From positions 10,106,001 to 10,170,000 of the forward strand of contig NC_043002.1 of assembly GCF_006345805.1 (NCBI RefSeq): a stretch of DNA of 64,000 bases, written 5' to 3'. Shown one piece after another: positions 14,240 to 27,410 of the stretch (its first letter is position 1; every line of letters starts with the position of its first letter). The notes below the pieces were generated by a model. That model saw nothing but the letters and a program-made list of their open reading frames with translations, had not been told where the DNA came from and ran no database searches. The DNA comes from Octopus sinensis (Eukaryota). Position numbers and translations under genes: made by a program.

Positions 14240-14760
14240 ATGAGTCGATTACATCGACGCAATGTTCAACAGGTATTTATTTTTTCGAGTCCGAAAGGAT
14301 GAAAGATAAAGTCGACCACAGCGGAATTTGAACTCAGTACAGAGCAACGGGCGAAATACTTTCTTTGCTACCCACAAGGGGCTAAACACAGAGGGGACAA
14401 AAAAGGACAGACAAACAGATTAAGTCGATTACATCGACACCAGTGCGAAACTGGTACTTAATTTATCGACCCCGAAAGGATGAAAGGCAATTCGACCTCG
14501 GCGGAATTTGAACTCAGAACGTAACAGCAGACAAAATACGGCTACACATTTCGCCCGGCGTGCTAATGTCTCTGCCCGCCTCAGTGATAATAATAATAAT
14601 GATAACGCTTTCTGCCTTACACACGAGGCACAAAATTTTGGTGAAAGACGATAGTCGATTTCATCGACCCCAATACTCAACTGGTACTTCTGTTATCGAT
14701 CCTGAAAGGATGACCAGCGATGCCAACCTTAGCGGTATTTGATGTCTGAACGTAAAGACC
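14240..14760 (-). mobile_element. Cluster of SINE family D copies (one nearly complete at 14358-14581, two partial)
   Basis: Repeated ATCGACCCCGAAAGGATGAAAGGCAAAGTCGACCTCGGCGGAATTTGAACTC core. Confidence 0.8.
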
Positions 14761-15169
14761 CGAAAAAAAATATTTGATTTATATTGTCACTCAGTAAGAT
14801 ATTCAAATAATTCTAAACGGCAATGATATGAACTGGAGTGACTTAGAAATGGGGTCTCTGATGTTGGAAAATATTTTATAGACTTTACAAACATAGAAAG
14901 GAGGAAAATTGGTTCCTGGCATGTAAGATGTTATGGATATTATTTCGCAGTTGGCCTGATATAGCTTTTTCGCATAGGTTCATGCAACAGCAATAGGGGG
15001 AAAAGGAATTAGATTAGAGTTATTTACCATAAACCTGTTCAGCAGAATAAATGAATAAAAAAGGCGAACAATGTGAAAACTTACTATCACCAGAAACGCA
15101 CAGAGCTGTAATTAAAAGTATCGAATATATAAACATCTGAAAGAAGAATAGAAATAAATTAAATTATAT

Positions 15170-15356
15170 TATAATATTTAAATTTAAGAGATGAGGAATT
15201 ATGCACATTATTTACATTATTTACATTTGACGGATATTTGTCCTCGTCTTGTTTGTTGTTAACACAACGCTTCGGCTGATATATTCTTCAACCTTCATCA
15301 GGTGTCTTGGGGAAATTTCGAACCTGGGTTCTCATTCCTAAGGTATTTTTCGATGA

Positions 15357-15390
<34 letters not shown>

Positions 15391-15506
15391 TATTATTATT
15401 ATTATTATTATATTATTATTATTATCATTATTCAGGTTACTGCCTGGAATCGAACTCGGAATCTTGGGTTTGTAGCCTGTGCTCTTAACCACTATGCTAT
15501 ATGCCC
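15170..15506 (-). mobile_element. tRNA-headed element with internal (AAT)n and an HHR-bearing tail (left arm of an inverted pair)
   Basis: Minus strand: A box TAGCATAGTGG, B box GTTCGATTCC, (AAT)n, then GACAC-CTGATGA-A-GGTTG...CAGCC-GAAGC-GTT-GTGTT at 15261-15306. Confidence 0.8.
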
Positions 15507-15519
15507 GTAGTGGATATAG

Positions 15520-15592
15520 TGCTATATGGCGTAGTGGTAAAGAGCCCAGGCAATTAACACCAAGATTCCGAGTTCAATTCCGGGCAGTGACC

Positions 15593-15643
<51 letters not shown>

Positions 15644-15785
15644 TAGAAAAATACCTAAGGAATTAGAACCCAGGTTCAAAATTTCCCTCAGACACCTGAA
15701 GAAGGCTGGAGAGTATATAAGCCGAAGCGGTGTGTTAACAACAAACAAGATGAGGACAAATATCGGTCTAATATTATTATATATT
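15520..15785 (+). mobile_element. tRNA-headed element with HHR-bearing tail (right arm)
   Basis: A box TGGCGTAGTGG at 15527, B box GTTCAATTCC at 15572, (AAT)n, then GACAC-CTGAAGA-A-GGCT...AGCC-GAAGC-GGT-GTGTT at 15691-15736. Confidence 0.8.
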
Positions 15786-16564
15786 AGACATTTTCGCATT
15801 ATTAATTAAAAATGTTTAAACAAGTTTAACATTTGGTCGACTGAGTAAAAGCTATTTGGGCCTGGATAGAATGAAAGACATTCAAAAAAAGAATGAGCGC
15901 CACCGTTCAGAGGTCGAACACTACACTCCTAAAATTCGGCTAGATATATAATTAATAATGGGGTGACTTCGTAGACAGAAGAGAGGTGATTTTTCTGTAA
16001 AGAATGGCAAACCTTACTTATAATATTCCTAATGTAAGAGTTGAAAACTTTATTAAAAATTTAAAATAGAAAAATGTTAAAAATATAACAAATATTGAAG
16101 ACGGAGAGCTTCTGGCGATGCGAAGAAAGTATACTAAGTGTCCATTACGTATTTCAGGAAGTCCTGCAATTTTGTGTCCTTCACATTTGATCATGGGCCT
16201 TTGAGCGGGAAAGGCATATAAATGTTACTTAACTTTCCCTTATATCACACTAGCAAGCTCTTTTGTATCACAATGCTGCACACACACTACGAGATTCTTC
16301 TATTAAAAACATTTTTTTAGATTGTGTAAACATTATCAAATATAGAACTCAGAATGCTGGGCAGAGAGGATAGATATGCTTTTTTCGTCTTCTTTTGTAA
16401 TATATCAAAAGGTAACTGCTATTTCAGAGTTTAGCCCCAGGCTGAACTATCATGGGTAGACTCTCAGTACAGACTGTCAGGTTTCGATAAAGAGAAAACT
16501 ATTCACCATGCACAAAGTAATGAGTGAAATACGGAGAAATATTGCAATATATATTATACCTATA

Positions 16565-16621
<57 letters not shown>

Positions 16622-16674
16622 ATAGATAGATATTTATATATGTATGTGTGTGTGTGTGATTGGGTATATACATA

Positions 16675-16751
<77 letters not shown>

Positions 16752-17189
16752 GTTATATCTTGAGATCGTTAGTGACAACAACGCTCAAGATATATAACAG
16801 ACTGGAATAGTAGTGCTCGAATGAGCTATATTCCACTTGTTAATCTGAGGGAAGGCAATGTGAGCAGCAACTAAAGGAACATTACAAAATCCACAGAAAG
16901 ATCAAACACAAACATATATTCATATATTCATTTATATCTACAGAACAGATAGAAAGCCCGACGTTTAAAAATTTAAAAACTTTAGTAATATATAAATATA
17001 TCATATAAAAATATATAAATATACAAGAGAATCAAAGTTGCATATATAACACCTTGAATTTTACGATTAAAATTTAGTATAAATTTGTTACAATAAAAAA
17101 TTTGGGGCAATAAAACATACAATGACATATTAAAAAGACGAATTAAAATTCCTGAGAAATGTACATAGCAGATAAATATACAAGATAAA

Positions 17190-17890
17190 CAAATTCTTTT
17201 TTAAACTAAAATATACTCTCCTTCATTTTCTACAACGCTCTTCTATCTTTCTAGTAGAAATGCAAGGCCCCTGTTCCAAAGTTCACTTTTCCGTGATGAA
17301 AAGCGAAAAATATTCCTACAGTACTGTTCTGACGTCGTCTACAGAATTCATATTTTTTCTGTTCAGATAATTTTGAAGACTATGGAATAAATGATAATCA
17401 GATGGAGCAATGTTCGGCGAATATGAGGTGTGGGGCATCGTTTCCCGTTCAAACTGCCCCAGCCTTTGTATGTGGCCAAGCATTATCCTGACGGAAGAAC
17501 GCCTTTCGTCTTGAAACCAAAGATGGTCATTGTCCGATGCCACGCAGGTGTCAATGAATGGTTGAATGACTAAATCTAAGCTTCTCAACAGTTACGATGA
17601 GATTTTTTTCTATCAGGTTTTGCAGGACGTCCTGGTCGAGCTCTGCAGATCTTCCAGGACGAGGTTCATCTGCTAGACTGTGGTTTTCGCCTCGGAATTT
17701 CTAGAACAATATTCGACACTGGCTTACATTTATTATTCGAGCCCCATATATTACATTAGTATTTCTGGCACTTTCTGTTGCTCTGTTGCATTTTTGAACT
17801 CATAAGGAAAATGTGCTGAATATACTCCTTTATAATTTCCATTATAGCTTTGAAAACGCAATCGCATTAGTTATGGGATGACCCAATATA
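17190..17890 (-). mobile_element. mariner transposon remnant, internally deleted
   Basis: PHTSYSPNIAPSDYHLFHSLQN (YSPDLAPxD motif); mariner-like TIR TATTGGGTCATCCCATAA at ~17871-17888. Confidence 0.8.
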
Positions 17891-18060
17891 TGGGTGCTTA
17901 TATGTATGTACATGTATATGTGTATACACGTACGTATATAAAGAAGTGTGTGTGTGTGTGCGCGCGCACATGTGTGTGCGTGTAAATAAATGTCGATTTA
18001 TGCAATATGAAACCAAGCAGGAAGAATTCAATTGTTAATAATATGACTCGGTGAATTGTA

Positions 18061-18102
<42 letters not shown>

Positions 18103-18117
18103 TAATAATAATAATAA

Positions 18118-18422
18118 TAGCCTCGGGCCGACCAAAGCCTTGTGAGTAGATTTGGTCGGCGGAAACTGAAAGAAGCCCGTCGTATATATGTATATATATA
18201 TATATGCGTGTGTGTGTGTTTGTGTGTCTGTGTTTGTCCCCCTAGCATTGCTTGACAATCGATGCTGGTGTGTTTATGTCCCCGTTACTTATCGGTTCGG
18301 CAAAAGAGACCGATAGGATAAGTACTGGGTTTACAAAAGAATAAGTCCCGGGGTCGAGTTGCTCGATTAAAGGCGGTGCTCCAGCATGGCCGCAGTCAAA
18401 TGACTGAAACAAGTAAAAGAGT
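18118..18422 (+). mobile_element. SINE family A, 5'-truncated
   Basis: Matches 8795-9112; a further diverged 3' fragment lies at ~18740-18915. Confidence 0.85.
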
Positions 18423-18671
18423 ATATGCATATATACATACATATATGTATATACCTACATATATATGTATATATATACATGCATATATGGGTACAGGACA
18501 TAAAAAAAAACGTTGAACACAATGAGAAATGAAAGCATATAAATAAAAACATAGAAAACGAACTTTTTCGAACAACGAGAAAACCCCCAGAGAAATGAGA
18601 CATGCAACATAAAGAATATTCCCCTTCATAAGTTGTCCCTGTTTCACATACTCTGCGTTACGAAGGCAAGG

Positions 18672-18715
<44 letters not shown>

Positions 18716-18919
18716 ATATGTATATATGCCTCTGTGTGTGTGTGTGTGACAAACGGAGTTCGTGTGCATCCCCATAACCTACCGGTTCATTAAAAAAGAC
18801 TGATAAAATAAATACCAGGTTTAAAAAGCGAAGTACTGGGGTCTACTGATTCGTGTATAAATTTAAGGTGGCACCCCAGTCTGGCCGCAGTCTAATGACT
18901 GAAATAAGTAAAACGTAGA

Positions 18920-18990
<71 letters not shown>

Positions 18991-19494
18991 TTAGATATGT
19001 TTCGACCAAAGATTGGTCCAGGAGAGAGAGAGAGAGAGAAACAGAGACAGAAAGAAAGAGAGGGTGTGAGGGAGAAATGGATAATGTATCCAGAGGTTTG
19101 TATCTCTTCAAAATATTAAGTGAAAAGCTGAGAACAGATAATCAAACATTCTCCTAATTATATGGAAAAAAAACTGAGCCATTTATTAACAAAAATAGGT
19201 TTCTTTGTAAAATCCCTAAATTACCAATTATAACCTAATGAAACTAGAATTCTACAATATCATATTTCGCACTTTTATACTTACCTTCTGGTCCTTGAAG
19301 CTTCTTGTATATGAATTTATACAGCTGACTTTATACGAGCAATAATAAAATTATAAATTTTCAAATATGACTTCAAAATGACATGTTGATGACAACAGCT
19401 GTCGGCGATGTTTCGTAATGAATGTCATTCTGATTCTCAATTAAACTTTCAATTTTAATTATATCTAAATTCACCCCTGGCTTCTCTGGTAACT

Positions 19495-19830
19495 CCTTAT
19501 GAGAGCTCAAAATCTCTCGTGGAAACGCCATCCAACCAAAATGCAAATATATGGGAAACTACCACCTGTGTCATCTCTTGTGAAAGGTAGGAGAGTCCAG
19601 TTTGCTGGACATTGTTGTAGAGCTGAAAAAGAAGTAATTTCTACTCTTCTCCTCTGGAAGCCATCTACTCGCAATACCAGAGGGCGCACACTCTCCTACC
19701 CTGATGTAATCTCCAGGGATACAGGCATCCAGCAACAGGACCTCCGTAATGCCATGATGGACCGTGAAGTCTGGCGTAGCATGGTAAATTCCATTGTCTC
19801 GACCACGGTCAAACAATAATGATGATGAAG
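19495..19830 (+). mobile_element. RTE-type LINE 3' end
   Basis: RRVQFAGHCCRA...LLLWKP...AMMDREVWRSMV, followed by an (AAT)(GAT)n tail. Confidence 0.75.
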
Positions 19831-20244
19831 TCATAAAATCTGAACGAATTAATATAATTTATTTCTTGTTTTAGTGATATTTGAATGAACCCCAACCATC
19901 AAAATAGGTCAATCCATCTCGTCCATTTATTCCATATACTGCTTCTGGAAGGGTCAATGCACTTCCTCCCATCAGAAACGATCCCCTTTGCAATTTCCTG
20001 CTGGATACAATCAAAGTTTGTTCTTGCTCACCCGCATCGTCCCCTTTTGCTATTCTTTCTTTGGACATTCTAGCCACATTCAGTTTTCGTTCCTATCCTC
20101 ACCTTAAACATAATTATTTCTATTCTAGGTACAGGGCCTCCCCTGAAAGTTTTAGAGAAGGGGACTAGTAGATAACATCGACCCCAGTACGTAACTGGTA
20201 CTTATTTAATCGACTCCGAAAGGATGAAAGGCAAAGTGAACCTC

Positions 20245-20289
<45 letters not shown>

Positions 20290-20389
20290 TAATAATAATA
20301 ATAGTAATAATAATAATATTAATAATAGTAATAATAATAACAATAATAATAATAATAACAATGATAGTAATAATAATAGTAATAATAGT

Positions 20390-20541
20390 ATGCACTACTA
20401 GGCACTGCACACATCCTACGCAGAACACTTTCCATACAATAACCATCAGAGCATCACAACAAATCACAGCACATACCCAAGGCACACAGAGCTGCGCTCG
20501 GTAGTGAAGTGAAGGCACGCTATAAAAAATAATGCTACTGA

Positions 20542-20545
<4 letters not shown>
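20390..20545 (+). mobile_element. R4/Dong-like family 2, extreme 3' end, inside an (AAT)n array
   Basis: ALLGTAHILRRTLSIQ* plus a 3' UTR matching 12555-12695. Confidence 0.8.
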
Positions 20546-20605
<60 letters not shown>

Positions 20606-20606
<1 letters not shown>

Positions 20607-21340
20607 TGATCATGTGGTCTCCAAGTGCAGTCTTCTAGCGCCTACAGAGTATCTCAACAGGCACGATAGAGCTGCACAATATATTCACTGGGTAATCTGC
20701 AAAAACCTGGATTTGCCCCATGAAAAAAACTGGTGGAAACACAAACCACCCCCAGTGCTTGAAAATGACCACATCTCACTCCTCTGGAGCTTCACCATTC
20801 AAACTGACAGAAAGATAGATGCAAATAGGCCATACATCATATTGAAAGACTTCAAACAAAGAACATGCCTCCTCATTGATATGACTGTCCCAATCGATAT
20901 AAACGTATCTGTCAAGACCTACCAAAAACTGAGCAAATATAAAGATCTTGAAATAGAAATCAGCAAAATGTGGAAGCTGAAGACTAAAACAATACCTGTT
21001 GTCATAGGTGCCCTGGGAATGATAGCAAAAGGGGCTGATAGCTACCTAACTCAGATACCAGGAAACCCAAAAATGGCAGAAATTCAAAAGATAGTGCTCA
21101 TGGGAACTGCTCATATCCTACGCAAAATACTTTCTATGTAATCTCAAGGTTTAAAACAAACATAATTTTCGGTTTAAAAAAAATTTTTTTTTAGACATTC
21201 ATTAGTACAACCCCCCCACCAAATATATGGCACACTAGGCATAACAACAACATGAACTTCCAACCTGTTGTCTCTTGTGGTCTCTGGGTGAGACTTGGAG
21301 CCAACTTGTACAAATAGAAAGTAAAAGTCAAACATAGAAT
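20606..21340 (+). mobile_element. R4/Dong-like family 1, 3' end with an open endonuclease-domain ORF (20614-21141)
   Basis: DHVVSKC, YLNRHD, DANRPYII (PD motif altered), LIDMTVP, KLSKYKDL, IPVVIGALG; (AAT)n on both sides. Confidence 0.9.
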
Positions 21341-21369
21341 AATAATAATAATAATAACAATGAATCACC

Positions 21370-23225
21370 CAACGCTGGCATTTTCCAAGATGACTGCGTC
21401 ACCACTTGTCTTTTGTCTGGCCTTAATACGTCTCTCGAAATTGCTCGATGTTGTACTATATGGCTATAAATTTTTTTGATAAATATATAAATCATCTCTT
21501 TTACGCGGATGATTTAAAGCACTTTTCAAAAAATTGCCAACAGCTATTGAGCTTAGTAGCAATTGTTAAACAGTTCAGTGATGGCTTCAGGATGGTATCT
21601 TACCTCGATAAATGTGCGAAATCCAACCTGAATGGCACAAATTTGATTACAGAAATGAATACCTGGGCAGTTGCGGTGGTCCGTTATAATGCGTCCATCC
21701 TCAAATAGACTAAAGAGAAAATATCAACACTGGATAGAAGGACGAGAAAGTTGATGACGCAGCATGGGGCGCTATACCCCAAAGCAAACGTAAACAGACT
21801 GTATATGAAAGCAAAGAATGGTGGCAGAGGACTAATTTGTAAAGACCATTGTATACGGAGTGAAAGGAGAACGCTTGCCGAGTATTTGGTAAATAGCGAT
21901 GAAGACCTGCTGCAATATGCCACGAAAGATGTGGGTGTAAATGCTGATGAAATGATGGGCAAGGAAGAATTTAACCAAAGAACTGAGGAGAAAAGTAAAG
22001 AAGACCTTCTTGAAATTAGAAAGCATGGACAGTTTGAAAGGAATACGCATGATGTTAAGGATAATACTGTATCGTGGGCATGGCTTGAGTGAGGTAATTC
22101 GAAGCGTCTTACCAAAAGCCTTATCTTTGCTGCACAAGGCCAGGCTCCCACTACCAATTCAGTGAAGTATAACATCTATAAAACTTCTGACACCAAGAAA
22201 GGCTGTGGAAAGAGTGTAGAAAATGGGACCCAATTGGATAAGTGGACATGAGAGCCCTGCACAATAACAATACAAGCACCGCCACGATTAAAGTGTGTCT
22301 GTATCTTCATTGACTCTTATGCCGTAAATAGCAATGTGAAGTAACAAAAGAGAGAAGTGGTATGAGCATGAACGAAGTAAAGTTATGCAGGAGGATGGAA
22401 ATGGAACAATACTCTGCGACTATGATTTTCAGACGGATCATGTAATCGAACACTTCGGCCGGATATTGTCATACTGAATAAGTGAGGCAAATACAGTGAG
22501 ATGATCGATGTAGCCATACCAAATGGCATGAATTTTGTGAGTAAAGAGTTTGAAAAAATCACCAAGGCGCAGGAGTGGCTGTGTGGTAAGTAGATTGCTT
22601 ACCAACCACATGGTTCCGGGTTCAGTCCCACTGCGTGGCATCTTGGGCAAGTGTCTTCTGCTATAGCCCCGGGCCGACCAATGCCTTGTGAGTGGATTTG
22701 GTAGACGGAAACTGTGTGTATATGTTTGTGTGTCTGTGTTTGTCCCCCTAGCATTGCTTGACAACCGATGCTGGTGTGTTTACGTCCCCGTCACTTAGCG
22801 GTTCGGCAAAAGAGACCGATAGAATAAGTACTGGGCTTACAAAGAATAAGTCCCGGGGTCGATTTGCTCGACTAAAAGCGGTGCTCCAGCATGGCCGCAG
22901 TCAAATGACTGAAACAAGTAAAAGAGTAAAAGAGTAAAGAGTAAGTACTCCGAATTGAAATTGGAAATGGTAAAACTATGGAATGCGAGAGGGTAATGTA
23001 AAAGTGATACCAGTGGTGATCGGGGCGTTGAAGTCAATCCCATTGAAACCTCAAGACTTGTTAAGGCAACTGGAAATCCCATGCAAGATTGGTGTGTTGC
23101 AAAAAGCAGCCTTATTGGGCATAGCGCACATCTTAAGGAAAGTATTATATGTCTGAGGTCCTTGTTGTGACTTGACAGATGACTAAAGACTCCAGTGCAT
23201 TTTAGCTACACTATGTTACGAAGGA
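21370..23225 (+). mobile_element. R4/Dong-like fragments (RT, then a third family through the endonuclease end), with a SINE inserted
   Basis: INHLFYADDLKHF; MNTWAVAVVRY; HGALYPKANVNRLY...GGRGL; KHGQF; RPDIVI; EKITKYSELKLE; LLGIAHILRKVL. Confidence 0.8.
22566..22942 (+). mobile_element. SINE family A nested in a Dong-like LINE
   Basis: Full head and tail; the LINE reads ...ATC ACC AAG | TAC TCC GAA across the insertion. Confidence 0.9.
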
Positions 23226-23388
23226 ATAACAACAACAATGATGATTATGATGACGATGATGATCAAGATGATGATGATGATAGAAATTTCTTTTATTTGT
23301 CTCGGAGCGCAAGACAAACATAACGAGTGGAGCTTTACATACACTCAAATAATCAAAATGGATTAAATATAAGTATACAGCAATAAAA

Positions 23389-23773
23389 GTGGGGGCGCAA
23401 TGGCCCAGTGGTTAGGGCAGCGGACTCGCGGTCATAGGATCGCGGTTTCGATTCCCAGACCGGGCGTTGTGAGTGTTTATTGAGCGAAAACACCTAAAGC
23501 TCCACGAGGCTCCGGCAGGGGGTGGTGGCGACACCTGTTGTACTCTTTCGCTCCAACTTTCTCTCACTCTTACTTCCTGTTTCTGTTGTACCTGTATCTC
23601 AAAGGGCCGACCATGTCACTCTCTGTGTCACGCTGAATATCCCCGAGAACTACGTTAAGGGTACACGTGTCTGTGGAGTGCTCAGCCACTTACGCTTTAA
23701 TTTCACGAGCAGGCTGTTCCGTTGATTCGGATCAACCGGAACCCTCGTCGTCGTAACCGACGGAGTGCTTCCA
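23389..23773 (+). mobile_element. SINE family B, full length, 15-bp TSD
   Basis: TATACAGCAATAAAA at 23374-23388 and 23774-23788; A and B boxes present. Confidence 0.93.
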
Positions 23774-24177
23774 TATACAGCAATAAAAAGAAGAAGAAGA
23801 TGATGATGATGTTTCATCTTGTCTTCGTTTTCATTGCTTATAATAGTTTATTCTCTTGCCTGTCTTAATAGCCTACAGATAAGTAACAAGCCATCTTCAT
23901 CTCTTATCTATAAATCGAATCAATGTCCCAAAATAACTTCTTTAACATCATAGAAATGGCATGAGTTTTTTTATCTTTGCTTCTTTTTCCCCTTCTGTGT
24001 CTGTTTTTCGTATCATTCCATCCTTTCAAGGTGTTGATTGATCTATTACCATGTATACTTGACCTCAAAATAGCATTTCCCTTTTCACTGTATCAACTAA
24101 CACCGTGATGAGAGGGTCAATATGTGTTATATAAAACTTGTTTGAAAAATACTAAATGTTTAATTTTAAGCTTAATA

Positions 24178-24257
24178 CACCTGAAGAAAATGCTCTTATT
24201 TTACACGATGTAATTGATGTTTTCATCGATAAAAACATGTCTGAAACAGCAGTAGTG
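24178..24257 (+). ncRNA. Degenerate type I hammerhead motif (Penelope-type)
   Basis: CAC-CTGAAGA...GAAAC-AGCA-GTA-GTG; stem I is only 3 bp and stem II is poorly paired. Confidence 0.4.
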
Positions 24258-24430
24258 AACCTCAGTGTGTTATTCTTTATACTGCACCACACTCAGGATC
24301 TTCTCTTCGAGGGATCTTGAGTCTACGGTGGGCCGTGGGCTGCATGCCGGAGTATACTCATGTGTAACTTTATGTATACGTTGTATATTTGGTCTGTGGA
24401 GATTACCATAGCTATCAATATAATCTTCAG

Positions 24431-24857
24431 AAGGCGGCGAGCTGGCAGAAACGTCAGCACGCCGGGCGAAATGCTTAGCAGTATTTCGTCTGCCGTTACA
24501 TTTTGAGTTCAAATTCCGCCGAGGTTGACTTTGCCAGTCATCTTTTCAGGGTCGATTAAATAAGTATCAGTTACGCACTGGGGTCGATATAATCAACCTA
24601 ATCCGTTTGTCTGTCCTTGTGTGTCCCCTCTGTGTATAGCCTCTTGTGGGCAGTAAAGAAATAAGAAACATTAGCACGCCGGGAAAAATGTTTAGCAGTA
24701 TTTCGTCTGCCGTTACGTTCTGAGTTCAAATTCCGCCGAGGTTGACTTTGCCTTTCATCCTTTCGGGGTCGATTAAATAAGTATCAGTTACGCACTGGGG
24801 TCGAGGTAATCGACTTTATCCCTTTGTCCTTGTTTGTCCCCTCTGTGTTTAGCCCCC
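24431..24857 (+). mobile_element. Tandem dimer of SINE family D
   Basis: Units 24431-24662 and 24663-24857. Confidence 0.88.
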
Positions 24858-25989
24858 TTCAGAATAGTCACCCAGCTTTTATAAGATAGATTGGCGATCA
24901 GAACTTCTCTCTCACTAATTTTACATTTCCCTTCAAGAGACAAAACATAGAAGCAATAAAAGATATCCTGCAAAGAATGCCGTTCAATCCAAACGAATTC
25001 GTCGTAACATTAAACCCAAAATGATGACACTAGATTCCTGTAAAATGAAGATTGGGGATTAGAATTTCATTGTGGATTTTGTGATCAAAACAATAAGTGT
25101 TCCACTGTTTAATTCGGGTTATAAGCAATGTAACTGAAAGTGTTTCCCGACAGTTCGCGAAACGTATCAATATATCTGCATTATTACAATTTAGTTTTTC
25201 GTTTAAACTAACAACAGCAGAGTTTGTTAGGTAATCTAATATTGTTTAGATGATCGTATCATCCGAGGCACGTTTTATTTGTATGCGAAGTGTATTTAGT
25301 AAATTTCCTCCAGAAAACGAACAAAATTATGTGTTTGGAAACGGTTGTGACTATTTTCGTTGCGTGTCTGGAAAAATTAGATTAAGGGCCGTGTGTTAGT
25401 GAAAGAGGAAATGAACATGCAACTAGACAGGACAATGTGTAAATAAAGAACAGGCTGGATTAATCAACCATCAATAATTGAATACATTAATTATTTCACA
25501 TGAAGAATAATTTTTTTTTAAACTTACGAAAATTCTGATAATAAAACTATGAAATCAATCATATTTTCTAGTTTCAGTATCAAAAATACAATTTTGAAAT
25601 TACACTACAGATATATATGATGGCTATTATGAAATAATCTCCCCGTGTGACATTCTAAACAGGTGGTTTTTATGCTCTTTGTCAACAGTTAAATAACCTC
25701 CTGTCATTTGGTTTGATTTAAGAAATGATCTTAAAATATATTTTATGGTTAGAACAAACAATTTATGCCATATGTTGCAATACAGTGGTTTAATGATTCA
25801 CCTAACAGGGACAATTTTTTTTTAATGAAAAGATATTTTCTTGCCATAGAATCTTGTATTCTCTATTAAATAATTGTTTCCTGGATGTGACAAGGAAACC
25901 CTACATGGCATTGGCAAGGAACGGACACATTAGTCCCTTTCCACTCGAGGGACATGTTGGTGCCTGCCATATGTTTCCAAGATTTGGTT

Positions 25990-26300
25990 ATTTCAGAAAA
26001 AAATGCTTTATGTCTATAGGTTACGTGTTCAAATGGCATCTATTTGATGGGTTTTCCACTGATCTCTTCAGCATTCGTAGAGGAGTGAAACAGGGTAACG
26101 TGCTGTCTCCTTCTCTATTTGGTACCTTATTCGGTGTTTTGCTAAAGCACGCATTTAACACACCGGCTGAGGGTGTTTAACTTAACATATGATCAAACAA
26201 GCACTTTTCAGTCTGTTCCAACTTGTTACGAAAACCAAACTGCGCGAAGTGTTCATTAGAGAAATGCAATATGTAGAAAAAGCAGCACTGTCAACACACC
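25990..26300 (+). mobile_element. RTE-clade RT fragment
   Basis: FSIRRGVKQGNVLSPSLF and a degraded IREMQY (YADD region). Confidence 0.65.
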
Positions 26301-26304
26301 CCAA

Positions 26305-26460
26305 TTCTGGGAAGAGGGTATTTTCAAGGTAAAGGAAAGATGGAGACGTATTGTGCAACGAAATGGTTCAGATTTAGTTCATTAAAAATGTAACGGCAAG
26401 TATTTAGTGACCTTTACGTTCCTTTAAAAATCGGAACGAACTTTCCGGACAACCCAATAT
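26305..26460 (+). mobile_element. mariner 3' end with TIR
   Basis: FWEEGIFK.KERWRRIVQRNG; TIR-like CGGAACGAACTTTCCGGACAACCCAATA. Confidence 0.7.
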
Positions 26461-27267
26461 AAACATAACAATGAAATACGAATATAAACATGAAAAATAA
26501 AAGCCTAAATTGAAAGAGGCGATTAAAATTTTTTTCCTAACGTGCAGCCGCTTCAGAAAAGTGGTTGTACGAAGTATTCGAAATTCAGCCCTTCTTCCTC
26601 AGGGTTCCTTTCTCGAGGTAAAATCCAGCAAAAAGCATTAAGGCACTACATGGTGAGTATTCAGTTGGTGAAAGTTCAGTTTTTGAGTATCGATGAATAA
26701 GCGACAGATTTTCAAGAGGATTAAATATGAAATGAAATTCATTGAAAGGTTAACTTTAGTTCATCATGCAAATAATAGCCAAGGGGAATATTCCACTCTC
26801 TACTATAAAAAATAATTTAAGATTACAGGTTTGTGCATAAGTGTTCATTGGATCTAATCATCTAATTGGACCGTATTTTCAAAAAGCTTTTATATTCTAA
26901 AAAATTATATTTTAAAGCTTAAGAAAATTATAACACGCTAAATATTTATGCTTACAACATACTAAAATGTCTGTAATTTTTTTATATAGGGGTGAATAAA
27001 TGAATTCTTGTGTCCCCTATATCTAATTCTAAAATTAGTAGTACTCCCTATATAAATTTTCCTAAGTCCGGAGCGTTAAACTACTAAACCTGTTTGCTGT
27101 TTACACACCCGTTCGTTTCTTTTGTAAATTCCAAATATATATGTATGTATGTGTGTGTATGCATATATGTATATATATATGTATATATATATATATATGG
27201 ATTTCGCAGACAGGAACTGAAACAAATCGATCGTATATATATGTGTGTATATATGTAAGTGTATGTG

Positions 27268-27410
27268 TTTTGGTATTGGCAACATGAATGACAATGACCA
27301 GAGCCTACTTGTATTTTGCACATACCATAACCTGTGCATCACTAACACATTCTTTGCCAACAAGACATCCCACAAGGCATCTTGGAGACATCTAAGATCT
27401 CACCACTGGC
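27268..27410 (+). mobile_element. RTE AP-endonuclease fragment
   Basis: NMNDNDQSLLVFCTYHNLCITNTFFANKTSHKASWRHLRSHHW. Confidence 0.7.

Noticed and set aside
14881-14927. Short AG...GTAAG exon candidates (also ~19280-19325 on the minus strand)
   Set aside because: Weak acceptors and no recognisable protein.
15430-15595. tRNA genes
   Set aside because: A and B boxes are present, but there is no intact acceptor stem or T-rich terminator and they run into repeat bodies; these are SINE heads (also 23389 and 34165).
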